DNA of 64,000 bases, taken from positions 5,580,001 to 5,644,000 of the forward strand of contig NC_043022.1 of assembly GCF_006345805.1 (NCBI RefSeq), read 5' to 3'. The translations under genes and the position numbers were made by a program. This document shows, in pieces, positions 25,513 through 38,734 of this stretch. Below the pieces are notes generated by a model. It was not told where the DNA came from. It made no database searches and worked only from the letters and a program-made list of their open reading frames with translations. Positions within the stretch are counted from its first letter, which is position 1. Every line of letters starts with the position of its first letter. The stretch comes from Octopus sinensis. Taxonomy: Eukaryota.

Positions 25513-25919
25513 GGAATATATTAACTTGGGAACCAATCCAAACCATGCCTTCAAAATAAAACAGATGCTAATTTAACCGTTTCACATCCAGATTATTCTC
25601 TCAAATCTAATACATATTTATTCATATGCTTTAGAGTTCGTCTTGGATTATCTCATAATCTCACAGCTTTGAGATTTCAATGATGTAACTGTTTCATTCT
25701 TTTATCCTTTTGCTTGTTTCAGTCATTTGACTGCGGCCATGCTGGAGCACTGCCTTGAAGGGTTGTACTCAAATAAATTGGCCCCCCCAAGACTTATTGT
25801 TTGTAAGCCTAGTACTTATTCCATCAGTCTCTTTTGCCGAACTGCTATGTTATGGGGATGTAAATACACCAACACCAGTTGTCAAGTGGAGAGGTGGGAG
25901 GACAAACACAGACATAAAG

Positions 25920-25950
<31 letters not shown>

Positions 25951-27156
25951 CACACACATTTATGTATATACACATATACATGCATATATATGTATGCATA
26001 TATATATATATATATATATATATAGGTGAAGGCAGGGTTGTGTGGTAAGAAGCTAGCTTTCCAAGCACATGGTTCTGGGTTCAGTCCCACTGCGTGGCAC
26101 CTTGGGCAAGTATCTTCTACTATAGCCTCAGGCCGACCAAAGCTTTGCGAGTGGATTTGGTAGATGGAAACTGAAAGAAGCCCCTTGTATATATATATAT
26201 ATGGTAAATGAAAGATGGAATATACAAGAAAGATGTGATATTCGAGAATTTATTATTAATCACGACAATTGTTGTGACTAAAGGTGGTGCTCCAGCATGG
26301 CCACAGTCAAATGACTGGAACAAATAAAAGAATAAAAAGAATACGATGAGCTTCTTTCAGTTTCTATCAACTAAGTCGAGGGAATGATAGAAGACACTTG
26401 CTTACAGTGCCATTCAGTAGGACTGAACCTGGAACCATGTGCTTAGGAAGCAAGCTTCCTTACCACAGAACCATGACATTGTAGGATAGGTGTGAGGGGC
26501 TGGATCTGGCCAGTTTGAACAAAAAGGAGGCAGAATACTTGGGTCAGATACAACCTGCTTAAATGCTAAAGGGTTAAAAAAATTCAACAACAATCTTGAA
26601 TTAGTCTAGAAGAAAGTCCCCACAAGGTTGTTTGGCCAGCTAGAAATAACAGCTAAATTTTCTTCGGATCACATTTCTGCTGTTTTAAAACAAGGACACA
26701 GCACAATGTAATCCAAGAACACAATGCATTGCCTAGTCCAGGAATCGAAACCACAATCTTACAGTTATGAGTCGAACAGCCTGACCTCTAAGCCATGCAC
26801 CTCCACAACTTGCAAAAATGACAGACGGTGTTCTCAATATAAAGTAGGATTTCACAAGGAATATAGTTAAACCACAGGCAAGCCCCTACAGGGTGAGAGG
26901 ACCATCAATTAGCGCAACAGGGAAATAAATTCTTTTCAGTGCTTGGAAGTCTCCATACACTAGCATAGCCAGAATGTGTGCTGCCCGGTGTTAAGTTATG
27001 GGGACATAAACAAACTAACACTGGTTGCCAAGTTGTTGACACAAAGCATACACATACATACAACACACATGCATAACAAACACACACACACACACACAAA
27101 AGACATGTTGGGCTTCGACACATTTCCTCTCTACCAAACTCACTCACAAGGAATTA

Positions 27157-27297
27157 TAAGGTTGTCCCAAAAGTTCGTAGAAAGTCTTGGAAAATAATGG
27201 TATTTATTTTGAGGAATAATTTTTGTTGTTTTTGTTAGTACTTGGCGAGTAAAAATTCAATTTTCGCAAGTGTTTACGAACTTTTGGGACAACCTAA
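27157..27297. mobile_element. mariner-type MITE nested in a SINE A remnant
   Basis: TIRs TAAGGTTGTCCCAAAAGTTCGTA and TACGAACTTTTGGGACAACCTAA with TA TSD. Confidence 0.85.
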
Positions 27298-28044
27298 TAG
27301 TTGGCCCAGAGCAATAGTAAAATAAAAGACACTTGGCAGTGAGTGGAATTGAACCTAAAACCATGTGGTTGGGAAGTGAACTCATTAACTGCATTGCCAC
27401 GCCTGCACTTATAAATAAGCGATTGATCTAGAATGCAACTAAGTGTATCAGGTGAAAGCAGCAGCAGCAGAAATGAGAACAAAGAATTAGAACTAGGACA
27501 AACCCAGAACAAAAGATGAACCCATTGTGTCAAAGAGGGGTGGAGGGGTATTTTCCATTGTAACCGAGTGGACAAACACAACAGTAAAACTGCGCAAACA
27601 ATAGCCGAAGATGAAAAACTGATGACCAACCATGTCCGTGTAAAAGGGCTGCCAGCTGCGAGCGTTAGAACAGGATCAAATATTAGCCAACATGTCGTGG
27701 GGTATCCAAAGACAACATGGTGTGAAAAATGTTGCAAGCAGTTGCTGTTAATTCCAGCTGTTGAGCCAATGTACTCTGTAGCTTGGGAGTCTGTTTACAC
27801 ATGCACGCACACATGCACACATGCACACACACACACACCACACACACGGGCGCGCGCGCATTGGGGTGGGGGGTGAAGGTGTAAAGGTGAGGCGGGGGTG
27901 AGTTGGGTAGCACAGATGTAGAGATGTCTGTTTTAGAAATGATACATGAAGTTTACAGAGAAACCTACAGGGAGGAATATGAGAGCAGGAGAAGGTGAGT
28001 GAAGACTCACAGTTCCTAATTTGGCCAGGTAGGGGTAAAAGGTT

Positions 28045-28085
<41 letters not shown>

Positions 28086-28380
28086 GTCTGATAATGGGCT
28101 GAAAGCTACAGGAAATGACAGACTTTTTAACTGATAATACAAGTATTACAGTACAAATAAACATTTACATTTTCTAATGTACACACACACACATATACAT
28201 AGACACACACACATATACAATGTGCACACACACAATGGGTACATACATGCACACACACATGTGCACATACACATGCAGGTACATGCATGAACACAAACAC
28301 ATACACATGCATGCAAACACCACACATGCCCACATGCACACACGGACATGCAGACATATGTATACACACACACACACACA

Positions 28381-28514
28381 CAGAGGCATGCACACACACA
28401 CACACACACAGAGGCATGCACACACACACACACATACACAGAGGCATGCACACACACACACATACACACACACAGAGGCATGCACACACACACACACACA
28501 TACACAGAGGCATG

Positions 28515-28545
<31 letters not shown>

Positions 28546-28690
28546 GCATGCACACACACACACACACACCACAGAGGCATGCACACACACACACACACAC
28601 AGAGAGAGGCATGCACACACACACACACACACACACAGAGGCATGCACACACACCACACACACACACACACAGAGGCATGCACACACACA
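28381..28690. repeat. Minisatellite of CAGAGGCATG plus (CA)n, 10 units
   Basis: Ten GAGGCATGCA motifs counted, separated by variable (CA)n. Confidence 0.9.
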
Positions 28691-28955
28691 CACATACATA
28701 TAGTAGTGTATCCAAACAAACAAAAATTAATATTTAATTCCTCGATAATTGTGGTAAAAAAAACTCATTATCGTAATTAGTAATTTTATCTGAAATAATG
28801 GTGATTTAAATTTCAAAAATATCTCCTGCTTATTTTCGTAGGGCCTGGGCAAGTAAGGGTTCATATGAACTCTTCACTCACTGTTATGGGAAAAGGATTC
28901 ACAACAACAGCTCAGATAATGTGTATTAAATGTAGGGCAAGGATCAACGGTGACA

Positions 28956-29905
28956 CGTTAGCGCGCCGGGCGAAATGCTTAGCGGTATTTCGTCTGTCGT
29001 TACGTTCTGAGTTCAAATTCCACCAGGGTCGACTTTGCCTTTCATCCTCTCGGGGTCGATAAATAAAGTACCAGTTACGCGCTGGGGTCGATGTAATCGA
29101 CTTAATACCTATGTCTGTCCTTGTTTGTCCCCTCTGTGTTTAGCCCCTTGTGGGTAATAAAGAAATAGGTATTTCGTCTGTCGTTACGTTCTGAGTTCAA
29201 ATTCCGCCGGGGTCGACTTTGCCTTTCATCCTTTCGGGGTCGATAAATTAAGTACCAGTTACGCAGTGGGGTTGATGTAATCGACTTAATACCTATGACT
29301 GTCCTTGTTTGTCCCCTCTGTGTTTAGCCCCTTGTGGGTAATAAAGAAATAGGTATATCTGTCGTCTGTCGTTACGTTCTGAGTTCAAATTCCGCCGGGG
29401 TCGACTTTGCCTTTCATCCTTTCGGGGTCGATAAATTAAGTACCAGTTACGCAGTGGGGTTGATGTAATCGACTTAATACCTATGACTGTCCTTGTTTGT
29501 CCCCTCTGTGTTTAGCCCCTTGTGGGTAATAAAGAAATAGGTATTTCGTCTGTCGTTACGTTCTGAGTTCAAATTCCGCCGGGGTCGACTTTGCTTTATC
29601 CTTTCGGGGTCGATAAATTAAGTACCAGTTACGCAGTGGGGTTGATGTAATCGACTAATACCTATGACTGTCTTGTTTGTCCCCTCTGTGTTTAGCCCCT
29701 GTGGGTAATAAAGAAATAGGTATTTCGTCTGTCGTTACGTTCTTAGTTCAAATTCCACCGGGGTCGACTTTGCCTTTCATCCTCTCGGGGTCGATAAATA
29801 AAGTACCAGTTACGCGCTGGGGTCGATGTAATCGACTTAATACCTATGTCTGTCCTTGTTTGTCCCCTCTGTGTTTAGCCCCTTGTGGGTAATAAAGAAA
29901 TAGGT
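28956..29905 (+). repeat. Five-unit tandem array of SINE family B body, period ~184 bp
   Basis: Units start at 28985, 29169, 29353, 29541 and 29720; only the first has part of the head. Confidence 0.95.
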
Positions 29906-31151
29906 GACATTAAAAGGAGATTTAGGGAATAACAAAGACTTCTCCCCTTTCTTCTAATCCTTTAGGGTGTCACAAGTTCAAAGCTGAACGTTCACAGCAG
30001 TTCTCGTTGCTGAACATATGGCTGTTGATGAAGAATCTGTTGGAGAATTGCAGAAGCCATAAACTGGCACTCGGTTGGCTGTGACAATGAAGGTGCCAGC
30101 TGATCCAATCAAGTGAACAGCTTGCTCCTGAGACTAACATGCAAGCAGCTGAGCGCTCCACAGACATGTGCACTCTTAGCATCATTGTCAGGGAGATTCA
30201 GCCAACAGGGAACGTGACATGGCTGGCCCTCTTTGAATTACATTTTTGCCAGCTGAGTAGACTGGAGCAATAAAGTAAAACAAAGTGTCTTGCTCAAGGA
30301 CACAAGGCACTGCCAGGAATCGAACTCACAACCTTACAATCATGAGCCAAATACCCAGGTACTCCAAGGGTTATGACAACCCTTTGATCGGCTCAAAGGA
30401 ACAGCCTGCATATGAATTTAATGTACAAGTGGCTGAGTACTCCACAGACACACATACCCTTAATGTAGTTCTCAAGGAGAGTCAGCATGATATAAAATGT
30501 AACAAGGCTGGCCCCTTTGGAATTACAGGTACAATTCATTTTTGCCAGCTGAGTGGACTGGAGCAATAAAGTGAAATAAAGTGTCTTGCTCAAGGACACA
30601 ATGCACTGCCAGGAATTGAACTCACTACGTTATGATTGTGAGCAGAATATTCTGGAACTTTATCAGTTACAACAACCAGGGTTCCAGCTGATCTATTCAA
30701 CAGAACATCCTGCTTGTGAAATTAACAGGCAAGTGGCTGAGTACCCCACAGACATGCATACCCTTGATGTAGTTCTCAGGAAGATTCAGCATGATACAGA
30801 ATGTGACAAGGCAGGCCCCTTTTGAATTACTGGTACAATGCATTTCTGCTAGCTGAGGGGACTGGAGCAATGTGGAATAATGTGTCTTGCTCAAGGACAC
30901 AATGCAATGCCAGGAATTGAACTGACGACCTTACAATCGTGAGCCAATTACCCTAACCACTAGGCCACACATCACAAAAACTTGCAAGAACTGACTTTTG
31001 TCCTAGCGCATAACTGGTATTTATTTTACAAACCCTGAAAGGATGAAGGGCAAAGTCAATCTCAGCAGAATTTGAATTCAGAATGTAAGGATGGACAAAA
31101 TGCTTCACAGCATTTTGTCGTGCACCTGAGCACTGTATACAACAAACATTA

Positions 31152-31561
31152 TCTTTATATATAAAAGTGAGGTTGTGTGCTGTCTGTCTCCTACAATTTA
31201 GATTCCTAACTACTCCCACATTTTGCGGTGCAGTTTAACCAAAACCGGGTATCTTATAGTTGTGATTCATATCGAGCCCTTCTGGGTATTAGCGCACGTC
31301 TACCATGAGTCTACGATTTTAAAAATAATTTACCATCAATTTTTCCCATTTTTAACGCATTTTTGGCATATATAAGGGAAATAAGGGAAGTAACTCTCTA
31401 AAAATTTATTATTAAATCTCAGAACGTAAAAAGCTACAGTAACACCCCTCCCCCACTTTGTGGTTAGCCATATTGAGATGGCTATTATACTTTACATCTC
31501 TAAAAATGCTTATATAGTTATTTCCCTTACAAACCCGAGCAACGCCGGGCGATACTGCTAG
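31152..31561 (+). mobile_element. Non-autonomous Helitron, complete
   Basis: A^TCTTTATATATAAAAG...CCCGAGCAACGCCGGG hairpin...CTGCTAG^T, no TSD. Confidence 0.85.
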
Positions 31562-31742
31562 TTATTAATATTATTAAATTCCACGGAGGTCAACTTTGCC
31601 TTTCATCTTTTTGGGGTCGTTAAAATAAGTACCTGCTAAGCAAGCACTTGGGTCAACTTAATCGATTAGCTTGAAGGTGGTGAGCTGGCAGAATCGTTAG
31701 CACGCCAGGCAAAATGTTTAGCAACATCCAATCTGTTTAGAC

Positions 31743-32059
31743 CAGGGGTTCTGACCACGTTTTATCTATGGACCCCTTTGATTACTATTTTATTCTGGTG
31801 GACCCCTTTTGCCGTTCGATGTTTACCAGAAACTACTTTAAAAATTCCTATTTCGGTTTCAGCACGTCCCAACTTGTGTAAGTTGAATTATGCAAAATGT
31901 TAGAGAAAGAAACCTCGTTGTTTCTTGCAATGCACACCAATAGAAACATCTAAAGCAAAGTTTCTTCAGGAGCCCTTAAAATACTACTGGGGATCCCAAA
32001 TTTATCATTTTGTTACATGGACCCTCAGGGGTCATTTGAACTCCATTTTCGAATCATTG
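31743..32059 (+). mobile_element. hAT (Charlie-like) MITE nested in SINE B
   Basis: CAGGGGTT...CATTG termini; 8-bp TSD GTTTAGAC/GTCTAGAC. Related pieces at ~17620 and ~60180-60416 (-). Confidence 0.8.
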
Positions 32060-32657
32060 GTCTAGACATTCTGAGTTCAAATGTCATCAGGGTCGACTTT
32101 GCTTTCCATCTTTTTGGGGGTCAATAAATTAAGTACCAGTGAAACACTGGGGTCGATGTAATCGAGTAGCCCCCTCCCCTAAAATTTCAGGCTTTGTACC
32201 TTTAGTAGAAAGGATTATCATTATTGTTGTTGTTGTATGTTTTTGCAAGCATTCAAGGGTGAAATAGTTTACTTGTTGAAGAGGTTATTTTTGCAGCTGG
32301 ATTCACTTCCGAATTCTAACCATTCAACCATGAAGAAGCAGAGAAGCGAACCTTTTCTCTTATTTCTTTCTTTCTTTCTTTTTCTTTTTTTGTCCCAGGC
32401 AGGAAAACTGAAGTCAATACACTTAGGTACCCTTGTTATTCAGGTGCACCCGAATAAATAATATCATATCTGGACTTTGACAAACAAGTGGTCGCAGTCC
32501 TACAGCCTTGATCTTTTAAAACGTTATGTGTGCATGTGTATGGCCACACATGTCAATACACACACACACACACACAGGTCTATACTCAGCTTGAACAAAA
32601 TTACTAAGTGATGTCGATATCAAACAACAAACTGACCTCCAAACACACACGTGTATA

Positions 32658-32877
32658 CACGGTTGGCCAAAAGTCACTTGACAGTAAATCAAAAACCAAG
32701 AAATTATTTTATGCCAGACTTCACCAATAAATAGACAAATGTTGAAAACAAAAACTGGTGATTTTCACTCACAGCATTCAATTATTGAACTTTCATAATT
32801 GGAATGAATAAATAAAATTGAATTTTAAATATTTATGAAATTTTGATTTACTATCAGGTGACTTTTGGCTAACCCTG
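32658..32877. mobile_element. Tc1-like MITE
   Basis: TIRs CACGGTTGGCCAAAAGTCACTTGACAGTAAATCAAAA and TTTTGATTTACTATCAGGTGACTTTTGGCTAACCCTG with TA TSD. Confidence 0.85.
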
Positions 32878-32878
32878 T

Positions 32879-32915
<37 letters not shown>

Positions 32916-33194
32916 TTTTCCAGTATGCACCTTCCAGCAGTATTACATTGATATACACCCTACAACATTAATGCAACAGATGCATATATATCTCCTACAC
33001 TAATAGGGTGTGTATATATACATATATATCAGTGAGTGTGTTAAGTTATAAGGTACAAAAAGAAAATGACACTCCCCAGACACAACAGAATATGCTTCAA
33101 AACACGAACTCACATAAAGAATCTTGCAAACCAAATACAAAAACGAAATATATATATGTATGAATATATATATATATGTATGTATATATATATA

Positions 33195-33237
<43 letters not shown>

Positions 33238-33323
33238 AAAGTTTATGAAAAAAACAAAAGACGAAGACAAGTGGTGTACAAAACAAACAGATGTATTAGT
33301 ATAACGCTCAGGAATAGAAAAAG

Positions 33324-33360
33324 TTTTTTACGTTTCGAGCCTACGCTCTTCTACAGAAAG
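33324..33360 (-). ncRNA. Minimal type I hammerhead-like motif (Penelope-type), variant core
   Basis: UUU-CUGUAGA-A-GAGC GUAG GCUC-GAAA-CGU-A-AAA; core has A6U. Confidence 0.45.
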
Positions 33361-33996
33361 GTACACAGAAAAAACAAGGAGAGAAAAAAAAGGAGAGATG
33401 TATATATATATATATATAATATATACTATATATATATATATATATATATAGGCAAAGATTATGGCAACATTTACCAACTTAAACAAGGAAACCATGCAAA
33501 AGAGTTGCAGGAGATTCCAAAGTCGTCTGGAGGCCATGGTTGAAGCCAATGGTGTTTTTTTTTTTTGTTGAATAAACTTACTCTTTAATATTTCAAGCTG
33601 TTTTTATGTAATTTTGGTAAATATATCTGTTAAAATGAGACGTCAGACAACAGTTTAATCACTGCACTATTGTATGTATGCATGTATGTATGTATGTATG
33701 TATGTATGCATGTATGTATGTATGTCACGTAAAAAGTACCATTCAAGCATGGTCAACACCAGTCTCACCTGACTGGCCCACATGCCGGTGGCGCATAAAA
33801 AGCACCCACAACACTCTCAGAGTGGTTGGCATTAGGAAGGGCATCCAGCTGTAGAAACTTTGTCAGATCAAATTGGATCCTGGTGCAGCCTACTGGCTTG
33901 CCAGTCCTCAGTCAAATCATCCAACCCATGCCAGCATGGAAAGCAGATGTTAAATGATGACGATGATATATATATATATTTACACACACACAGTTA

Positions 33997-34027
<31 letters not shown>

Positions 34028-34051
34028 CATATATATATTTACACACACACA

Positions 34052-34087
<36 letters not shown>

Positions 34088-34164
34088 CATATATATATTT
34101 ACACACACACAGTTATATATATATATATATACATACATATATATATTTACACACACACACAGTT

Positions 34165-34198
<34 letters not shown>

Positions 34199-34613
34199 AT
34201 GCATATATATCATAGCAGGGGCCACAAAACTGTGTGCATGTGTGTTTGTGTGTGTGTGTATGTACTTGCGTCTGTGAGTTGCGTTGTGCATTCATTTGTA
34301 CGATATTAAGAGAAAATCCGCCAGCGTGTATGTGATTAAGATGAGATAGGACACAGAGTGTAGAATGAGAGGAAGCAGGGCGGGGCAGGGCATCTGTACG
34401 AATGCAAGCAAGCATTACAGACACACGGCTTTGGCTTTCATTATACATTAGTGGAGTGGAACAGGTTCAGCTGAGCTTTCAATGGTTCTGTATATTGCAC
34501 ATCAGTTCTGAGATTACATGAAAGATAATTTCCGTGATAGCATCTTCCGCATCACCTTTTTTTCTGATATTCGAAAACAATCAGGGAGCTTACATACGTA
34601 TCATGTGCATGCA

Positions 34614-34672
<59 letters not shown>

Positions 34673-34763
34673 ACATACACACATATATGACATACTTATA
34701 CATACAAACATATATGTACTCACACAGAGTCACACACACACACACACATGCATGCATGCATGT

Positions 34764-34798
<35 letters not shown>

Positions 34799-36397
34799 AA
34801 CCATCATCACCACCAGCACTATTTTTTTACATCTGCTTTTTCTATGATGAAAAGGATTAAACGAAACCTTGAATGGCAAGTTTCTCGTGCTGGATGCTCT
34901 TCCTGACACTAAACCTTATTTGTTTTCCAAGTTTATGGTTGTAAAGAATAGTAGAATAAACAGCAAGTTTGTTCTTGACAGTCGGGATTACAAAGGTATG
35001 ATCCATTAACTGGAAGTCAGTGAAGAGTCTGGGAAAAGCGTTTGATTGCAGCCTGAGGGACATGGCATCCATGCGAGTAACCAACCAAGGGATTGATTCT
35101 GGAACAGACTGACCAACCAAGACCAGCTTCTGAGGACAAGTGAGACCAAATAAGTAGGGCCTGGATATACCAATATAGTATCTTCCTTCAACTGGAACTC
35201 CGGTGATCAGAAAGACAAGAGTTCCAGTTGATCTGATGAATGAAACAACCTGCTCATGAAATTAACATGCAAGTGGCTGAGGACTCCATAAACATGTGTA
35301 CCCTTAATGTAGTTTTCTGGGAGTTTCAATGCAACACAGAATGTGACAAGGCTGACCTCTTTTCAAATTGGTTACTACTCATTTAGGCCAGCTGAGTGGG
35401 CTGGAGCAATGTGAAATAAAGTGTCTTGCACAAGGTCACAACATGTCACTGAGAATTGAACTCATGACCTTGTGATAATGAGCTGATAACCCTAATCCCT
35501 AAACCATGAATGTTCACTCCACATTTTTCCTACAGATTTTCAGGTCCCACTTAGTTTATGAAGTCACAATGTCTGTGGTTGAGGGTTTCGAGAGGTAGAT
35601 CAGCAGGTTCCTGCTGAAATGGCCAGGAACTGCCTTGGCACTCGAGCAGCCTCAATCCATATGAGCAGAACATCAAGACTGGAAGACAAACTCGTGGTAA
35701 CGTGTGCACCGACACAAATATTCCTATCACCCAAAAGTCTCTCAGGTTAATATCAAAGTCAGGACAAGGTGAATGTGGAGAGAATCAGAGACTGTTGATG
35801 CCAATAAGTAGAAGGTAAAGAACAGAGAGCTGGTGGTGGTGGTGATGGTGGTGATAGTGTGTTGAGGAAGGGATGGGCATGGGTAGCAGCAAACCCCTTA
35901 CTTTGCTACGAGAAGGTGCAAGAGAAGGAGAAGAAGTTGCTGCTGTTCCAGAATGAGAAGTGGGTACAGTTTACGAAGGAATGAGCCATCTGGATTGCTG
36001 CAATGCAACAGCAGGGATCCCGGCCAAGACGAGAATTTCTTGTTAGATTACAAAGGATAAGAACAAAAATATATCAAGTCGCAAACACTGGTTCCCATCC
36101 AATCCCTGAGTGAATCCTAAATTGGAGATGGGTGCCTCTGGTTAGGACAAAACCAAATGGTGGAATACAAAGTTGTATAACCACATGCATGTGGGGAAAC
36201 ACAGCCCCAATGTATAAAATTCCCGATTCATGCAGTTTATGATGTTCAACTAATGGCACAAGGCCCCAGTATTTCACTGGTACTTAATTTATCGACCCTG
36301 AAAGGATAAAAGGCAAAGTCGACCTTGGCGGAATTTGAACTGGCACGCTAACGATTCTACCAGCTAGCCGCCTTCATCAATAATAATAATGAAGAAG

Positions 36398-36432
<35 letters not shown>

Positions 36433-37572
36433 CATAAAGATTATTTTGAAGTAACATAGCATTACTTTTAATTTCAGGAGGCAAAGTGGCTGAGTTCCTT
36501 TTGAGTGTTGGGCCTCACAGAGACAATGACCGAGTCCTTTGGCATTATGTCACGCTGCAGAATAAGACCCATCAAGCTGAGCAAAATCACATTTATGGCA
36601 GATACCAGTGTCATTCAAATGGTACCCATGCTGGAGGCACGTAAAAGCACCCATTACACTCTGTGGAGTGGTTGGCATTAGGAAGGGCATCCAGTGATAG
36701 AAAATTATGCCAAAGCAGACTGGAGTCTGGTGCAGCCTTCCAGCTTACCAGCCCTGGTCAAATCCTCCAACCCATGCCAGCATGGACAGCAGACGTAAAA
36801 TGATGATGATGATGATGATGATGATAATGATATATATGATGGGTTCTCTTGTTATGAACGACAAGTGAGGGTTCAGTAAAATAAAGCAGTGATCTTATTC
36901 TATGGACACGAATGTGTCTCTTAAGGCCTGCTGGTGCTTTGCAAACCTTTCAGCAAATGGAACAAGTTGAGGACTCAGCTTGCTTCAGTGTTTGTGGACC
37001 ATTTAATGTGTGTTTCCTTGAGTGGATGGCAAGGCCTGCTTTGCTTCGTGCCACAAAAGCACAATGACATTTAGAGGAGCAGCCTGGGTGCCTGTGTGCT
37101 TTCAGGCTGGCTTAAAAGTCCGTCCCAATAGTGGAGTTGACTTTGCTCAAATCTTCCAAAGGCTCAAATCCTTCAAATCTATCCTCTTCCTCCTCATCAT
37201 CATCCTCACCACCATCATCTTCCTCCTCCTCCTCCTCCTCACCACCACCATCTTCTTCCTCCTCCTCCTCCTCATTTATCATCCCTTTTCCCTTGCTGTC
37301 ATGGACTGAACTGTTCGACATGAGCAGACAAGTCAGAGAACCATACCAGGTTCCATGTCTGCTCTGGAATGGCTTCTACATCCACACTCATTAATCTATA
37401 TATATCACTGGTAATTTATCAGTTCCTGCCCCCCACCCCCACTCCTTACAGTGGGAATATTTATTGACACAGAATATGGAATGAGCTTCGACAGGAAAAA
37501 GGATATCAGATAGTGAGAGACTTTAATTATAAACTACTTTATCTCTTGCCTCCAATCCTTGCAGGACTGTAA

Positions 37573-37606
<34 letters not shown>

Positions 37607-37705
37607 ATCTGCTTAAATACAGTGGAAATACTAGCTGGAATGTATATAAATATATTTTCAGACATAAACATTACATAGATTGGTAATAAACAGGTAAACT
37701 ATATG

Positions 37706-37712
37706 GTGTGTA

Positions 37713-37769
<57 letters not shown>

Positions 37770-38193
37770 ATACACATATATATACACACATATATATATA
37801 CATATATGTGTGTATATATATACACACCTATATATACATATATGTGTATATATATATACTATATATACACACATATATATATATATGTGTATATATATAT
37901 ATTATTACATATATATACACACACATATATATATATGTGTATATATATATATATACATATATATACACACACATATATATATGTGTATATAATATATATT
38001 ACATATATATACACACATATATATATATATATAATATATATATATACATATATATACACACACATATATATATATATATATATAAATATGTGTGTATATA
38101 TATATATATACATATATAACACACACACACATATATATATATGTATATATATATATACATATATATACACACACACACATATTATATATGTGT

Positions 38194-38228
<35 letters not shown>

Positions 38229-38391
38229 TATATATTACATACACACACACACACATATATATATATGTTGTATATATATATAATATATATATACATATAC
38301 ACACACACACCACATTATATTATATGTGTATATATATATATATATAATATACATATACACCACACACAACACACATTATATATATATATAT
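37706..38391. repeat. Long (TA)/(CA) compound microsatellite
   Basis: Directly visible. Confidence 0.95.
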
Positions 38392-38423
38392 ATGCTTATT
38401 TTTAAAAGCAGTAGAAATATAAC

Positions 38424-38470
38424 AAAAGCTGTTACTCAGAGTTTCACGTTCCCATTCGTCGGACAGTTTT
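38424..38470 (-). ncRNA. Minimal type I hammerhead ribozyme motif (Penelope-type)
   Basis: AAAACUGU-CCGACGA-AUG GGAA CGU-GAAA-CUC U GAG-UA-ACAG C UUUU; all three stems pair; U4C core variant. Confidence 0.65.
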
Positions 38471-38487
38471 GTTAAAATAGAACCGAA

Positions 38488-38534
38488 AAAACTGTCCAAC
38501 GAATGGGAACGTGAAACTCTGAGTAACAGCTTTT
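38488..38534 (+). ncRNA. Inverted copy of the same hammerhead with G5A (probably inactive)
   Basis: Identical to 38424-38470 except that the core reads CCAACGA. Confidence 0.55.
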
Positions 38535-38695
38535 GTTATATTTCTGCTGCTTTTAAATAAAGCATATTACTCTACCTCTGGTATTTGAGTACACTTTTTT
38601 CCACCTTGTTTCACATTTATGCGCTTACTCCAGTATATATATATATTTTTAGTTTCAGCTCAGAGCTGCAGCCATGCTGATGCACCGCCGTTTAA

Positions 38696-38726
<31 letters not shown>

Positions 38727-38734
38727 TATTGTTT

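Noticed and set aside
28956-29905. CRISPR-like or retrozyme interpretation of the 184-bp array
   Set aside because: There are no unique spacers, and I found no CUGANGA/GAAA hammerhead core on either strand; the units are SINE bodies.
32370-32435. Strong polypyrimidine acceptor followed by a 28-nt candidate exon
   Set aside because: Poor donor (GTACCC); the pyrimidine tract is a (CTTT)n microsatellite.
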